Source: Escherichia phage EAWsc9. From it: a DNA stretch of 64,000 nt. The position numbers and the translations under genes are program-made. The first letter of the stretch is position 1. Every line of letters begins with the position of its first letter. Shown in pieces: positions 34,133 through 44,371 of this stretch. The stretch lies in the sequence record PQ341120.1, one strand, 5' to 3'. Below the pieces are notes generated by a model. The model saw nothing but the letters and a program-made list of their open reading frames with translations. It made no database searches and was not told the DNA's origin.

Positions 34133-36847
34133 TTAAAAATCAAACATATCAAAAAGAGATGCTTTTTTCTCGTAATCAACCTTAGCTGCTTCAGAGAACC
34201 CTGTTAACGGTTTGACAAAAGTCTTCTGGAACAGTGTGTTGTAGTCCATCCACTGCAGAACCTGGTCACGGATTTCAATCGGGAGTTCAATCCCTGATGG
34301 CCATGCAATCACGGTTTCGCCAAACGGGTTACCAACTTTAAGAGGAAGCACATACACCTTTTCCCCTTCCATGATTTGTGGAACAGTCTTCAGACCTTTA
34401 GTTGCACGCATATATGCAAGCACACCTTTGATATGAGCCGGGCACTTAAATCCAGGGAAACCACCCTCATTATATTTCTGAATGTTGTTAACCGATGATA
34501 CACCTGCGATGGTCATGTAGTTAAGCTCATTAAATTCCTTATTGAATTCCTTGAAGTATGTCTGCAGAGATTCTTCACCTTCTTGCAGCATGCGACGGAT
34601 ACATTCTTTCAGAGCTTTCTGGCATGCTTTTGGTGTACTCGACTTTTGAGTTTCCAGACCCATGATTTTCAGTTTCGGAACAGCATATCGTGTGCCTTCC
34701 ATATCGTACACGTTCAGAGCATAACGCTTCTTCGCCGTCCAGAATCCACCAACACCTTTAGAACCCAGCGGAGGGCATGCAATCGCTTCACGGTCCATAA
34801 ACATAAGGTGCTGTTTGTTGTTCATGTATTCAGCCAGCTCACGGAAAGCTTTATCGATTGCCGGTTCCAGACGGTCTTTCGCAAACTTGTCCATGAAGTC
34901 AACCAGGTGGTTTGTATCGCGGAATTTAGATTCACCACCAACCTTTTTAATCAGGTTATCGCACTGAATATAAATGGAGTCAGTATCGCCATAGAATACA
35001 TATGTTTCACCACTTGTACCACAAACACTATCAAAATATTCGTTAACTTTACGCTCAATCCACTGCAATGCAAGTTGTCCGAAAGATGTAATCGCGGTTG
35101 CATTTCGCAGGTCAAAGTAACGGAACCAGATATTACCCAGAGCGCCATAACAACTGTTGATAAGCAGTTTACGGTTAATCTGTGCGGTCATACCTGCAAC
35201 TTCTTCCATCTGCGCTTTGTACAACATACCATTCAGAACTGTTTGATTCAGACCGTGCAAGGTTGTTTTCATATTGTCATCGAAGTCATAACGATAATCA
35301 ACTTCAGGCTCGGTTGTACCAGCTCCTGGATTACGCAGAGCTTCCTTAATCAGTTCACCATTACGTTGAGCCGCAAGCATATAACCTTTGTGCTCTTTAC
35401 GCTGATTAAACACCTTGGTGACTTCTGTCGGAATAATACCTGCAACATCTTTAAAATACATCATGCCATTTGGAGCACAACTAAATGTATCGGATGGACG
35501 GTCAGCGGTTCCTGCGATGTATTCGTACATTGGCGCTGGTGCAAATGAGCCGGCAATCGTTTCTGGACTGATGTTAATCTGTCGGATGATGCTCGGATAC
35601 AGAGATGTTAAGTCACAGCTCATAACGTATTTGTATGCGTTTGGAATCGGTTCCTTAACAAATGCACCAGGGAACGATTGGCGAACATGCGATTTGGTTT
35701 CCGGAATGACTTTGTTTTGAGTCTTCAGGCTGTTAAAGATAATCGCATCCCAAGTTTTGATTGGGCTGAATACAGACTGAATCTGCATTTTTGCGTAATA
35801 ACCCATTGACTGACTAAGGTTAATAAACTGACGCTTACGGTCAATCTGTACAACACGATAAACATCGATGATGTTATAAGAAATATACCGTTGGTGATTT
35901 GATTCACGCAGTTTAGAAATCGGACCATCATACGGGAGTTTACCAACACCTAGCTCAGATTCTGCAACATAATCCAACGAATAAGATGGTTGGTTTGTGA
36001 AGCTGAACTTTTTGTACAGGTCCAGATAATCCAGAACAGAGATACCCAGAATCTGAATGATTTCTTGTTCTTCACCGAAGCCGTTGTTAATGACCTTAAC
36101 TTTTGTACGACGATGTGGGCTCAAACGTTTTGCCGTAGCTTCACCAAATACATTTTTAAGGCGGTTGTAGATATATGGAATATCAAACTTCTCGATGTTC
36201 CAACCAGTTAACATAACCGGAGTTTTCTCGTTCCAGAATACCAAATACTGCTGGAGCATTTCTTCTTCTGAATCGAAAGCCATATAAACAATTTTTTCCA
36301 GGATTTCTTCAGGGACTTCATCGCCGCCATCTTCTTGCAGCTTAGCAGCAATATCGATAGACCATTGCTCCACAGTGGCGTATGGTGAGCTCAAAAGGTC
36401 AAAGACATAGAATTTATCGTCTATCGAATCATAGTGCGTCAGGGCATCAATAGGGTGACGTGCTTCAGACGGCTCAGGGAACCCATCAGGAGATGTCACC
36501 TCGATATCGAAGTTAGCCACACGGATTTTACTTGAATCGTATTTGATTTCGTGCGGGTAACGGTCGGACAAGTATGCGAGTTTAAAGTCATCCATACCCA
36601 TAGCTTCGAGACCCATGTCATTCATTCGCTTCATCCACTGGGATGCATCACGCATGGAATCGAATTCTTTTTTCACACAACCTTTATTATAGATGTCTGT
36701 ATATTTTGCAGCCTGGTCTTCGCGGGCATGCATAAACAGGCATGGAGCATAGGGGATTTCACGAACACGTTCATGACCGTTCTTGTCAATGTATCGTTCG
36801 AGCAGATTGTCACCGATTTGTTCGATAGTTAAATAAAATTCTTGCAT
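34133..36847 (-). CDS. 43: DNA polymerase gp43 (family B)
   Basis: 904 aa; exo motifs FDIE, YSLDYV; pol motifs SLYPSII, YGDTDS; T4 gp43 is 898 aa. Confidence 0.97.
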   Translation of the reverse strand: MQEFYLTIEQIGDNLLERYIDKNGHERVREIPYAPCLFMHAREDQAAKYTDIYNKGCVKKEFDSMRDASQWMKRMNDMGLEAMGMDDFKLAYLSDRYPHEIKYDSSKIRVANFDIEVTSPDGFPEPSEARHPIDALTHYDSIDDKFYVFDLLSSPYATVEQWSIDIAAKLQEDGGDEVPEEILEKIVYMAFDSEEEMLQQYLVFWNEKTPVMLTGWNIEKFDIPYIYNRLKNVFGEATAKRLSPHRRTKVKVINNGFGEEQEIIQILGISVLDYLDLYKKFSFTNQPSYSLDYVAESELGVGKLPYDGPISKLRESNHQRYISYNIIDVYRVVQIDRKRQFINLSQSMGYYAKMQIQSVFSPIKTWDAIIFNSLKTQNKVIPETKSHVRQSFPGAFVKEPIPNAYKYVMSCDLTSLYPSIIRQINISPETIAGSFAPAPMYEYIAGTADRPSDTFSCAPNGMMYFKDVAGIIPTEVTKVFNQRKEHKGYMLAAQRNGELIKEALRNPGAGTTEPEVDYRYDFDDNMKTTLHGLNQTVLNGMLYKAQMEEVAGMTAQINRKLLINSCYGALGNIWFRYFDLRNATAITSFGQLALQWIERKVNEYFDSVCGTSGETYVFYGDTDSIYIQCDNLIKKVGGESKFRDTNHLVDFMDKFAKDRLEPAIDKAFRELAEYMNNKQHLMFMDREAIACPPLGSKGVGGFWTAKKRYALNVYDMEGTRYAVPKLKIMGLETQKSSTPKACQKALKECIRRMLQEGEESLQTYFKEFNKEFNELNYMTIAGVSSVNNIQKYNEGGFPGFKCPAHIKGVLAYMRATKGLKTVPQIMEGEKVYVLPLKVGNPFGETVIAWPSGIELPIEIRDQVLQWMDYNTLFQKTFVKPLTGFSEAAKVDYEKKASLFDMFDF

Positions 36848-36908
36848 TTGGTTTCCTTTATAGTCGAGTGATTGACTTTTGTTTTATGACTTGATGCTAT
36901 TATACTAC

Positions 36909-36928
36909 AAAAGGGACCGAAGTCCCTT
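36909..36928 (-). promoter_or_regulatory. UUCG hairpin (AAAGGGAC-UUCG-GUCCCUUU) followed by TATAAT upstream of gene 43
   Basis: 8-bp stem with UUCG loop; -10 hexamer directly downstream on transcript. Confidence 0.5.
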
Positions 36929-36932
36929 TGCT

Positions 36933-37148
36933 TTAAATTTCTATTGTACGTCGTTCGATGGTTGGATTACCCTTTTCATCTTTAGTTCTAACCATAGCCT
37001 GGAAGGCTCTCTGTCCAGGATGTAATAATTTATTGAGTTCCTTTTGAAATTCTATTTGAAGTTCTTCGGAAAGGTCAAAAATGGTTTGAGTTGGGGAAAG
37101 TCCATATATTTCTTTAAGGCGTTCACATGTTTCAATTTCATGCTTCAT
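36933..37148 (-). CDS. Hypothetical protein (71 aa) between regA and 43
   Basis: ATG 2 nt after regA stop; weak SD. Confidence 0.4.
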   Translation of the reverse strand: MKHEIETCERLKEIYGLSPTQTIFDLSEELQIEFQKELNKLLHPGQRAFQAMVRTKDEKGNPTIERRTIEI

Positions 37149-37149
37149 A

Positions 37150-37518
37150 TCAATTACCAATTGTATATTTGGCTACAAGCTTCCAGTCGTCTTTTTGTTT
37201 AAAGGAGATAACACGGAAGTTGTTTGTTACTGCGAACAATTCATTACGCTCTTCTTCTTTGATAGTGATTAAGCCCCAGTCTTCGAGCAGTTGAGTGATG
37301 GAATCACGGCGCTGATAGTCTTCACCATCAATATCCACCTGGCGACCATCCATACGCAGCATTTCTTTGAAGTGAACAATATAATAACGGCCTTGCTTTT
37401 GGAGGATGTGACAGCTCTGGTAAAGTACACGGTCTTTATTATTTGCGATGCCCATACGGGTCAGAGTTTCTTTAACTTTCAGGAAGTCTTCAGGTTGCTT
37501 TAATGTAATTTCAATCAT
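37150..37518 (-). CDS. regA: Translational repressor RegA
   Basis: 122 aa, same length and position as T4 RegA. Confidence 0.85.
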   Translation of the reverse strand: MIEITLKQPEDFLKVKETLTRMGIANNKDRVLYQSCHILQKQGRYYIVHFKEMLRMDGRQVDIDGEDYQRRDSITQLLEDWGLITIKEEERNELFAVTNNFRVISFKQKDDWKLVAKYTIGN

Positions 37519-37519
37519 T

Positions 37520-38098
37520 TTACCATTCCAATATTTGTTTTTTAATTTCTTTTTGTTCTTTCACATTACTGGTAACGGTCTTTAAGAATTCATCCGTCAC
37601 CAGACCTTTTGTCTTTTTCAAAACATCTTTAAGACTACCTTTGGCTTTCAATGTTTCCATATACATCAAAGCATCATCTGCATTAATTGTATAATATTTC
37701 ATTAAAAGCTTTAACACAAGCTGGACGCTGACTACATCCGGCTCAGCCTTAGCCCATTTGCCATAACGCTTACCTTGCGGAACTGCATGCAGCAAATAAT
37801 TATAATGCTGTTGGTCTGTTAACCCGGAACCGATTAAGTTCATCACGTTCACCTGCATAATGCAATCGACATGTTGGCTCAATGCGTTTTCCAACCAGAA
37901 TTTATTGTAGTTTTCCGATTGAATCAGGTTCCGTGGTTTTTTACTAACGGTTATGTCATTAAGAATCGCGAACAATTCATTTTCTGCTTTCTCTTTGTAT
38001 GAATCGGACAATTCCTGAATTTTGTTAAAGTCGCGTGATTTCCACGCAACCTCATGTTCGTTTAATTGAACGTCATCATCAAAGAGACTTACAGCCAT
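37520..38098 (-). CDS. 62: Clamp loader small subunit gp62
   Basis: 192 aa between regA and 44. Confidence 0.8.
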   Translation of the reverse strand: MAVSLFDDDVQLNEHEVAWKSRDFNKIQELSDSYKEKAENELFAILNDITVSKKPRNLIQSENYNKFWLENALSQHVDCIMQVNVMNLIGSGLTDQQHYNYLLHAVPQGKRYGKWAKAEPDVVSVQLVLKLLMKYYTINADDALMYMETLKAKGSLKDVLKKTKGLVTDEFLKTVTSNVKEQKEIKKQILEW

Positions 38099-39048
38099 TT
38101 CATTTCCCCAGCCAGTTGAGCAAACAGATAAGTCAAGTGAACTTCGGTATTGGCTGCAATGCCATGGTACTGATTATTCTCACCCACAATCTCATACATA
38201 CGGATGATGCTTGCACCAGTCAGTTTGCCATACATTTCATCAGCCAGCTTTGCAATGAAGCTTGAATAATCATTTGCATGCTTAGGAGCCAGCCCACGGA
38301 GAACTTTAAAGTTACGGTCCTTAAGGGCATCAATCACATCATCAATTGGTGTGCGATTGTTTGTCACGATGCTCAGAATACCGGAATCGATAACACCTTT
38401 TGCAGAGTAACGGTCAAGCTCATTAATTGTCTTACGCAGGTCCGGGAAGTTATGCTTAACCAGAGCAGCAACAACTTTCAGGTCTTCGATTTCAACGCCT
38501 TCGTTTTTACATATCGCGACTGCACGATGAATCATCTCTTTCATCATAGTAGTCTGGTCAGCTGGAGTTGCTTCACCAAACTTAATTACGCGGCAACGAG
38601 ACTGCAACGGAGTGATGATACCATCGATATTGTTCGCGGTCATAATGATTGAACAGTTGCTCGAATAAGCTTCCATAAAGCTACGAAGGTGTCGTTGCGA
38701 TTCAGCCAGACCCGCACGGTCAAACTCATCGATAACGATTACCTTACGGCGTCCTTCGATTGATTTAGATGATGCAAAGCGAGTCAATTCATTACGCACA
38801 AAGTCAATTCGACAATCGGAGCCGTTAACAAACAGCATATCAGAATTCGTATCCGCACACATAGCTTTTGCAACTGTTGTCTTACCAGTACCAGGGGAAG
38901 AACTGACCAGAATCAAGTTAGGAATCAAACCTTTTTTAACAATCGCCTCTAATGTTTCTTTATCATGTGCCGGGAGAATACACTCTGATAATGTACCTGG
39001 GCGGTATTTTTGTTCCCACATGAATTCTTTGTCATTAACCGTTAACAT
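38089..39048 (-). CDS. 44: Clamp loader large subunit gp44 (AAA+)
   Basis: 319 aa; Walker A SPGTGKTT, Walker B VIVIDEFD, SRC motif; T4 gp44 is 319 aa. Confidence 0.95.
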   Translation of the reverse strand: MLTVNDKEFMWEQKYRPGTLSECILPAHDKETLEAIVKKGLIPNLILVSSSPGTGKTTVAKAMCADTNSDMLFVNGSDCRIDFVRNELTRFASSKSIEGRRKVIVIDEFDRAGLAESQRHLRSFMEAYSSNCSIIMTANNIDGIITPLQSRCRVIKFGEATPADQTTMMKEMIHRAVAICKNEGVEIEDLKVVAALVKHNFPDLRKTINELDRYSAKGVIDSGILSIVTNNRTPIDDVIDALKDRNFKVLRGLAPKHANDYSSFIAKLADEMYGKLTGASIIRMYEIVGENNQYHGIAANTEVHLTYLFAQLAGEMKWL

Positions 39049-39083
39049 ATATTTTCCTCATATTAGTTTCTACTTTGTACTCC

Positions 39084-39101
39084 ATGGGGCCGAAGCCCCA
39101 T
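39084..39101 (-). promoter_or_regulatory. UUCG hairpin (AUGGGGC-UUCG-GCCCCAU) between 45 and 44
   Basis: 7-bp stem with CGAA/UUCG loop. Confidence 0.5.
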
Positions 39102-39104
39102 TTA

Positions 39105-39800
39105 TTAATCTTGGAATTCGTGGCTAGAGCCTTGTTCCATTGCAATCACATAGCTTGCTTGTGTGCCTTCAAACTTCGTAGCAAATTTATCATCTTTCGC
39201 CCAAAGCATAACACGGTAATCAGCCGGAATCATTTTCATGTTCAGTTTGTTAATGATAAATTTAAACGCTGCATCGCCTTCGTAATCGCCACACACCAGG
39301 GAATACAATGGACGCGCTAACTCTTTATCTTCGAGCTGATTATAACCATGGATAACAATCTTACCGTCTTTGTTGGTGATTGCAAAAGTATCCAGAGACA
39401 AACCACCAGCCACACGCAGAAGCTGTTGCAGGTCACTACCTTTCAGGTCGAAAATAACCTTAGCTACCGGGAAAGGAATCTTCTTAGCAGGGAACACGAT
39501 AGTGCTCGGGTCTGCAGCAGGCCAGTGAATCGTTGAACGTTGGTCTTTGATAATGATGTTTGATGCATCTTCAGCCAGAGATACTTCAGCTTGGTCAGTT
39601 ACCAGGCCCAGGATACTTAAGAAGCCGTTTAGGTCATAAATTGCAGCTTCAAAGTCAATTGTATCATTGATTTCGGCTTCGCCATATGACGCTCCAGTTA
39701 CGGAACGAGTCAGGATGGTATTACCTGGCTTAAGCATAATGCCAGAGTAAATGGAAGTGAAGTTTTTCAGAACTGCGATAGTGTCTTTAGAGAATTTCAT
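39105..39800 (-). CDS. 45: Sliding clamp gp45
   Basis: 231 aa, position and size as T4 gp45 (228 aa). Confidence 0.9.
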   Translation of the reverse strand: MKFSKDTIAVLKNFTSIYSGIMLKPGNTILTRSVTGASYGEAEINDTIDFEAAIYDLNGFLSILGLVTDQAEVSLAEDASNIIIKDQRSTIHWPAADPSTIVFPAKKIPFPVAKVIFDLKGSDLQQLLRVAGGLSLDTFAITNKDGKIVIHGYNQLEDKELARPLYSLVCGDYEGDAAFKFIINKLNMKMIPADYRVMLWAKDDKFATKFEGTQASYVIAMEQGSSHEFQD

Positions 39801-39827
39801 TTAATTACCTTTTATTCAAATCAAAAA

Positions 39828-40259
39828 TTAAGCAACAACTGCCATTTGTTTGCGGATAGCTTCCGGAAGAGATTCAATATACTCTGGAAGTTGTGCAGCA
39901 ATAATAGAACCAGCTTGCACCAGATGGTCATCAGAGTTAACGCAATAATCATCTTCAAGACGTTCGGAACCGTCACGGTCGATAACCAGTTTAGCACCAG
40001 CAGCCAGTGAATCGTTATAGTGATTACGCATCAGTTCAATCCACTTATCAGATACATCAGTATCAATCACACCATACAGCATAAATTTAATTTCTTGCGG
40101 CAGAGACTGCAGACGGGTAGCAGATGCTTCATCACAGGCCAGAACCCAGGATTTACGAACACGGTTTTGGTTATGCGGGTTAGCGTCGGTGCGGATGGTT
40201 TTAACTTGGATATCTTTAGCAGTTACGTTGTTCATAATATTCTCTCTATTCATTATCAA
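39828..40259 (-). CDS. RpbA-position protein (143 aa)
   Basis: Between 46 and 45 where T4 has rpbA; identity not verified. Confidence 0.4.
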   Translation of the reverse strand: MIMNRENIMNNVTAKDIQVKTIRTDANPHNQNRVRKSWVLACDEASATRLQSLPQEIKFMLYGVIDTDVSDKWIELMRNHYNDSLAAGAKLVIDRDGSERLEDDYCVNSDDHLVQAGSIIAAQLPEYIESLPEAIRKQMAVVA

Positions 40260-40451
40260 TTAATCAAAGTATTCATATGCGAACCAGGCATTGTGTCTGT
40301 TCGCGATTATTTTAACATATTCTTCACCGAAAGCGTTTTGCAAGTCACGTTCAGTGACAAGGTGTTCATCTTTCGAAAAGGTATTAACTAACACATACCG
40401 TTTAATTTCAGGGACAGCCAATAAATGCTGCCCGGTTAAGAAGTCAGCCAT
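40260..40451 (-). CDS. Hypothetical protein (63 aa)
   Basis: ORF coupled to next gene. Confidence 0.45.
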   Translation of the reverse strand: MADFLTGQHLLAVPEIKRYVLVNTFSKDEHLVTERDLQNAFGEEYVKIIANRHNAWFAYEYFD

Positions 40452-40486
40452 AATAGCCTCTATTATAACATCCTTGTTTTAAAACA

Positions 40487-42169
40487 TTATTCCATAACAG
40501 TGAATCGACCAACTTTTTTCATCTGGAGATGTTGTCCGTATGCTTCCGGGTCATGGTCTCGGTGACTGATGATAAAGATGTTGGTGTCTTCCAATTTGTT
40601 CAGGATGGTAGCAATTGCTTTAACACCCTCTACATCTGTGGCCGAGTCAAAAACTTCATCCAGAATCAATGTGTTAATATTAACACCAGATACTTTCGCA
40701 GCAATATCGCGCCATGTAAACAGCAATGCAATATCTATACGAGCTTTTTCGCCCTGGCTAAATGATGCATAACTAAAGTCTTCACGTCCACGAGATTTAA
40801 TCGTTTCGTTGAACTCTTCATCTAACGTAAAGCTATAATCAGCTTCCATAACTTTAAGATAAGCATTTATCTGCTTATTAAAGATAGGAATATATTTCTT
40901 AATAATCGCGCCCTTGATACCAGAATCTTTCAACATATCCGTTAGGATACCACGTTGATATTTTTCCATCACAAGGTCGGATTTTTGTTTGACTATTTTA
41001 TCAAGCTGGTCTTGAAGCATTTTAATGTCTGCTGCATGGTCAATAAATTCCGACTTAGCTTGCTCGATTAATGCTTTAACCTTTTTAGCTTTTTCGACAG
41101 TCTGGACTAAGGTTTGTTTCTTAGTTTGAATGTCTTGAGCTATTGTACGCTGGTTTTGTCTTGCCTTGGTATACGCATCAAATTGCTCTTGAACAGCATT
41201 CTGGCGAGCTTTATGCTTATCAGCTGATGCATTACATTCTTCAATCTTTGACTCAATCCTGGCGACAATAGGGTCTCCTGGATGTAACTGACTGGCACAA
41301 GTCTGACAACAACCGCCCTTCTCGTACAGACCAACAACCTTTCGGTAATCGTCAATCTTCGATTTAATCAGGAATGATTCCTGCTTTAACTTTGTGAGTT
41401 CGTGCTCGGGGTCTTCTCCCAAAATTATCTCGGTCAGTCTTGTTGTTGCTTCTTCGATAGTTGCCTTGATTCCACGTGCTTCTGTAGCAAGTTCATCATA
41501 CATCGTTTGCAGTCGCAACAGATTATCACCTGACAATTTTCTTTGACGGTCTTCGTTGTCCTGATAGATTTTAATCTGTTGAACGATACCATCATGCTGC
41601 ACATCCATTACCTGGATTTGGCTATTGACTTCGCGGATAAGAGATTTGTTCAGCTTATCCATATCGGCCAGTACAGAAACCTCTAAAAGGTCTTCGACAA
41701 GCTTTCTTCTGGCAGGAGTGGATAGGCCCATAAAAGGGGTATATCCAGCTGTGCCGAGTACGACAATTTGTTTGAAACTGGCGTATGACATTCCGATAAG
41801 CTGTTCAAATTCCGCTTGGAAGTCTTTACTGCTGGCAGATTCATCAAGACGTTTACCGCCACAAGAGATTTCAAAAACATTGGGTTTTTGCCCGCGTTTG
41901 ATATAGTATTCTTTTCCATCATATTCCATCCACAATTCAACGAGCATATCTTTTTTGTTGCTCGAGTTAATCAACTGGCCTTTCTTTACATCACGGAAAG
42001 GCTTACCGAACATAGCAAAGGTAACCGCTTCAAGGAACGTAGATTTACCCGCGCCATTCTTGCCGGTGACCAGAGTTTTCTGGACTTTATCCAGTTCAAC
42101 AGTAATCGGTTTAGCACCAACCGACATAATATTTTTATAGATAACTTTCTTAAGCTTAAACGTTTTCAT
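40487..42169 (-). CDS. 46: Recombination endonuclease subunit gp46 (Rad50/SbcC-like)
   Basis: 560 aa; Walker A GKNGAGKST, long coiled coil with CxxC hook-like CCQTC, signature SQGEKARIDIAL, Walker B LILDEVFD. Confidence 0.95.
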   Translation of the reverse strand: MKTFKLKKVIYKNIMSVGAKPITVELDKVQKTLVTGKNGAGKSTFLEAVTFAMFGKPFRDVKKGQLINSSNKKDMLVELWMEYDGKEYYIKRGQKPNVFEISCGGKRLDESASSKDFQAEFEQLIGMSYASFKQIVVLGTAGYTPFMGLSTPARRKLVEDLLEVSVLADMDKLNKSLIREVNSQIQVMDVQHDGIVQQIKIYQDNEDRQRKLSGDNLLRLQTMYDELATEARGIKATIEEATTRLTEIILGEDPEHELTKLKQESFLIKSKIDDYRKVVGLYEKGGCCQTCASQLHPGDPIVARIESKIEECNASADKHKARQNAVQEQFDAYTKARQNQRTIAQDIQTKKQTLVQTVEKAKKVKALIEQAKSEFIDHAADIKMLQDQLDKIVKQKSDLVMEKYQRGILTDMLKDSGIKGAIIKKYIPIFNKQINAYLKVMEADYSFTLDEEFNETIKSRGREDFSYASFSQGEKARIDIALLFTWRDIAAKVSGVNINTLILDEVFDSATDVEGVKAIATILNKLEDTNIFIISHRDHDPEAYGQHLQMKKVGRFTVME

Positions 42170-42390
42170 GTATTGTTCTCACGAATTGTTTGTTCAGCAT
42201 ATTCTAGCATTTCTTCGGAAGAAGCAAACACGTCGTCAAGTTCCATGGCCCATGAAACACCTTCAGAATATTCAGAAGTGACATACATAGTTCCGGTATA
42301 CCAAGAACCATCCACGTCCCATTCTACATTACCGAACCAGCCATCGCCAATATGAAAATCATGTTTATACATTTTCATCATTATAAGCAT
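42166..42390 (-). CDS. Hypothetical protein (74 aa)
   Basis: ORF between 47 and 46. Confidence 0.5.
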   Translation of the reverse strand: MLIMMKMYKHDFHIGDGWFGNVEWDVDGSWYTGTMYVTSEYSEGVSWAMELDDVFASSEEMLEYAEQTIRENNT

Positions 42391-42628
42391 CCTTGATGCA
42401 TGATTCAGCCATATGAATTAATGTTTCTGGAGTATCATCTACCATTACATTAAAGCTAAATTCCACAGCCCAATCGGTGACTACATAGACTTTGATAAGT
42501 TGACCGGTTTCCCGGTCAGTGATAGCTTCAAACCAATACTTAATAGTATTCGGTTGATTATCGTCGTCAACAACATCACATTCGCGGATATGCTCAAGTC
42601 CCGCTTCATTAAAATCATAAAGTCTCAC
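42365..42628 (-). CDS. Hypothetical protein (87 aa)
   Basis: ORF between 47 and 46. Confidence 0.5.
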   Translation of the reverse strand: MRLYDFNEAGLEHIRECDVVDDDNQPNTIKYWFEAITDRETGQLIKVYVVTDWAVEFSFNVMVDDTPETLIHMAESCIKDAYNDENV

Positions 42629-43644
42629 GGTTGCACCTCAAGATATAATTTGTTGGCCAATGCTTTAAGAGCTTTTGATTCTTTCTCATTGGTGTCAGGT
42701 AATGCATCAATATATTCTGCCATCATATCAGTTAAGCGTTTTATGTCTAACTCTTCTTCGGAGTCAGTCGTATCAACACTGTTATCAACCTTATTGACAA
42801 CACGCAATTCATGTACACGCTTTTCTAATTCAGATTCGAACTTGGTCAGGTCTTTATCGACTTTTTCTACAATAACACGGACTGATAAGTCTTTGAAGTC
42901 GTCGTAGTTAATAGTTTCGTTTGGATAAAAAATCTTCCGATGCCAGGTGGTTTCATTCGGAATAAATTTCATCTCTTCGGTTTCTGTATCAAATTCCCAG
43001 AATCCGCGCGGGTCATTCTCATCACCTGCTGTTAATGTCCATGGTGTCCCTATGTACTTAACGTTCGCAGCTTCCGAAATGGTATGGAAGTGCCCAGACC
43101 AAACTTGCTTGTACTTCTTAAGGAAATCGGGCTCAAGTCCGTGGGATTTCAATCCTTTATAGAAATAAAACCCGGTTAATTCCCAGTGACCGATGCAATA
43201 TTCGGCACCAGAAGTTTTGATGTGTTGATGAATGTCAGTCGCGTTCTCGTCACACATCCATGGAATCATATCAATCTGACAACCGTCAAAATCAACAGTC
43301 GTTGGCTTGTCGTAGATTTTAACATGGTCATACTTATTCAGGAGTTCAGTGATAGCATTAGGATGAATCTTATTCTTCAGATTCATGTCATGGTTCCCGA
43401 CTATCGTGTGCATAGTAATTCCTGCTTCACGAAGGAGTTCCATAATCTCGCGGCTGAATTCCATTGTCTTATGCGTTACGGCCTTACGGACGTCAAAAAT
43501 ATCACCATATTGAATCCAGACTTTAATTCCATTCGCTTTGGAATATGCAATCGCCTGTAAAATACCATCACGTTGAATGTTTTGAGCCCATGGGTCGTCA
43601 GCTTTGACACCTAAGTGCCAATCACCTAAATTTAAAATTTTCAT
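42625..43644 (-). CDS. 47: Recombination endonuclease subunit gp47 (Mre11/SbcD-like)
   Basis: Start MKILNLGDWHLG (339 aa); phosphoesterase motifs GDxHD-type, GNHD. Confidence 0.9.
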   Translation of the reverse strand: MKILNLGDWHLGVKADDPWAQNIQRDGILQAIAYSKANGIKVWIQYGDIFDVRKAVTHKTMEFSREIMELLREAGITMHTIVGNHDMNLKNKIHPNAITELLNKYDHVKIYDKPTTVDFDGCQIDMIPWMCDENATDIHQHIKTSGAEYCIGHWELTGFYFYKGLKSHGLEPDFLKKYKQVWSGHFHTISEAANVKYIGTPWTLTAGDENDPRGFWEFDTETEEMKFIPNETTWHRKIFYPNETINYDDFKDLSVRVIVEKVDKDLTKFESELEKRVHELRVVNKVDNSVDTTDSEEELDIKRLTDMMAEYIDALPDTNEKESKALKALANKLYLEVQP

Positions 43645-43784
43645 AAGCCAAGCGCCGTTATCGCAATGCAAAATAAAATTATTGAAATGAACCCGTCAGG
43701 AGTAGAAAAGAATCCTATCCAACAAGCTCGTGTGAATGTGTAGAATGCCATGAATAACACGACATATCCTAAAAATAATACCAT
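43641..43784 (-). CDS. Small membrane protein (47 aa)
   Basis: ATGA overlap with gene 47 start; SD GAGGAGA. Confidence 0.35.
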   Translation of the reverse strand: MVLFLGYVVLFMAFYTFTRACWIGFFSTPDGFISIILFCIAITALGL

Positions 43785-43804
43785 ATACTCTCCTCAGTTG
43801 GTTC

Positions 43805-43829
43805 ATTTTATCATCCCGAATATAAAGCA
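43805..43829 (-). promoter_or_regulatory. MotA-box middle promoter (TGCTTTA-12-TAAAAT)
   Basis: Minus-strand match to MotA box plus -10-like hexamer. Confidence 0.4.
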
Positions 43830-44170
43830 AAAAAGGAAGCACTAGGCTTCCTTTCCAATTAATACACCATACAGAGGTTCATGAGAAGACCTGAACTTGA
43901 TAGGCTTATAGGTAATAGTACCTTCATTTTCTGCTTTAATACGAGCGGCTTCAAATTGAAGTATCATCTCGTTTTTGTCAGATTTAATCTTATCAAAATC
44001 CGTCGAATTCGTCATTCATATGACCTCTTAAAAATCAGGATGTTCGTCTTGAAATATATTACCCAATCGTTTTAATTCGTCGGAAGTAAGAATATCTACA
44101 TCATCAATAGTCATAATACACCTCTTAAACTTTTTCGTATTCGTCTTTCATTAGCCACCTGTCCATGTTA

Positions 44171-44371
44171 TCATCGCTGCCACCACTTCTTAAGTTGATG
44201 TGAATCTACCCAAACCTTGGCTACAGGCTCAATCCGAAAAATTTCATCGGAATACTGCCCAACCATTTTATATTCGGTTTCAGTCTGCTTGATACAGATA
44301 TTACCATATGAGCGAAGTCTGAAAGCGGCTCCGACAAGAAGCCGTTTAAAAGGTTTATTTACTAATGCCAT
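44171..44371 (-). CDS. Hypothetical protein (66 aa)
   Basis: ORF. Confidence 0.4.
   Translation of the reverse strand: MALVNKPFKRLLVGAAFRLRSYGNICIKQTETEYKMVGQYSDEIFRIEPVAKVWVDSHQLKKWWQR

Noticed and set aside
34583-35548. 321-aa plus-strand ORF
   Set aside because: Antisense inside DNA polymerase gene 43; Cys/His/Phe-rich composition typical of reverse-strand artefacts.
41816-42355. 179-aa plus-strand ORF
   Set aside because: Antisense to gene 46 and the ORF after it; no translation signals.
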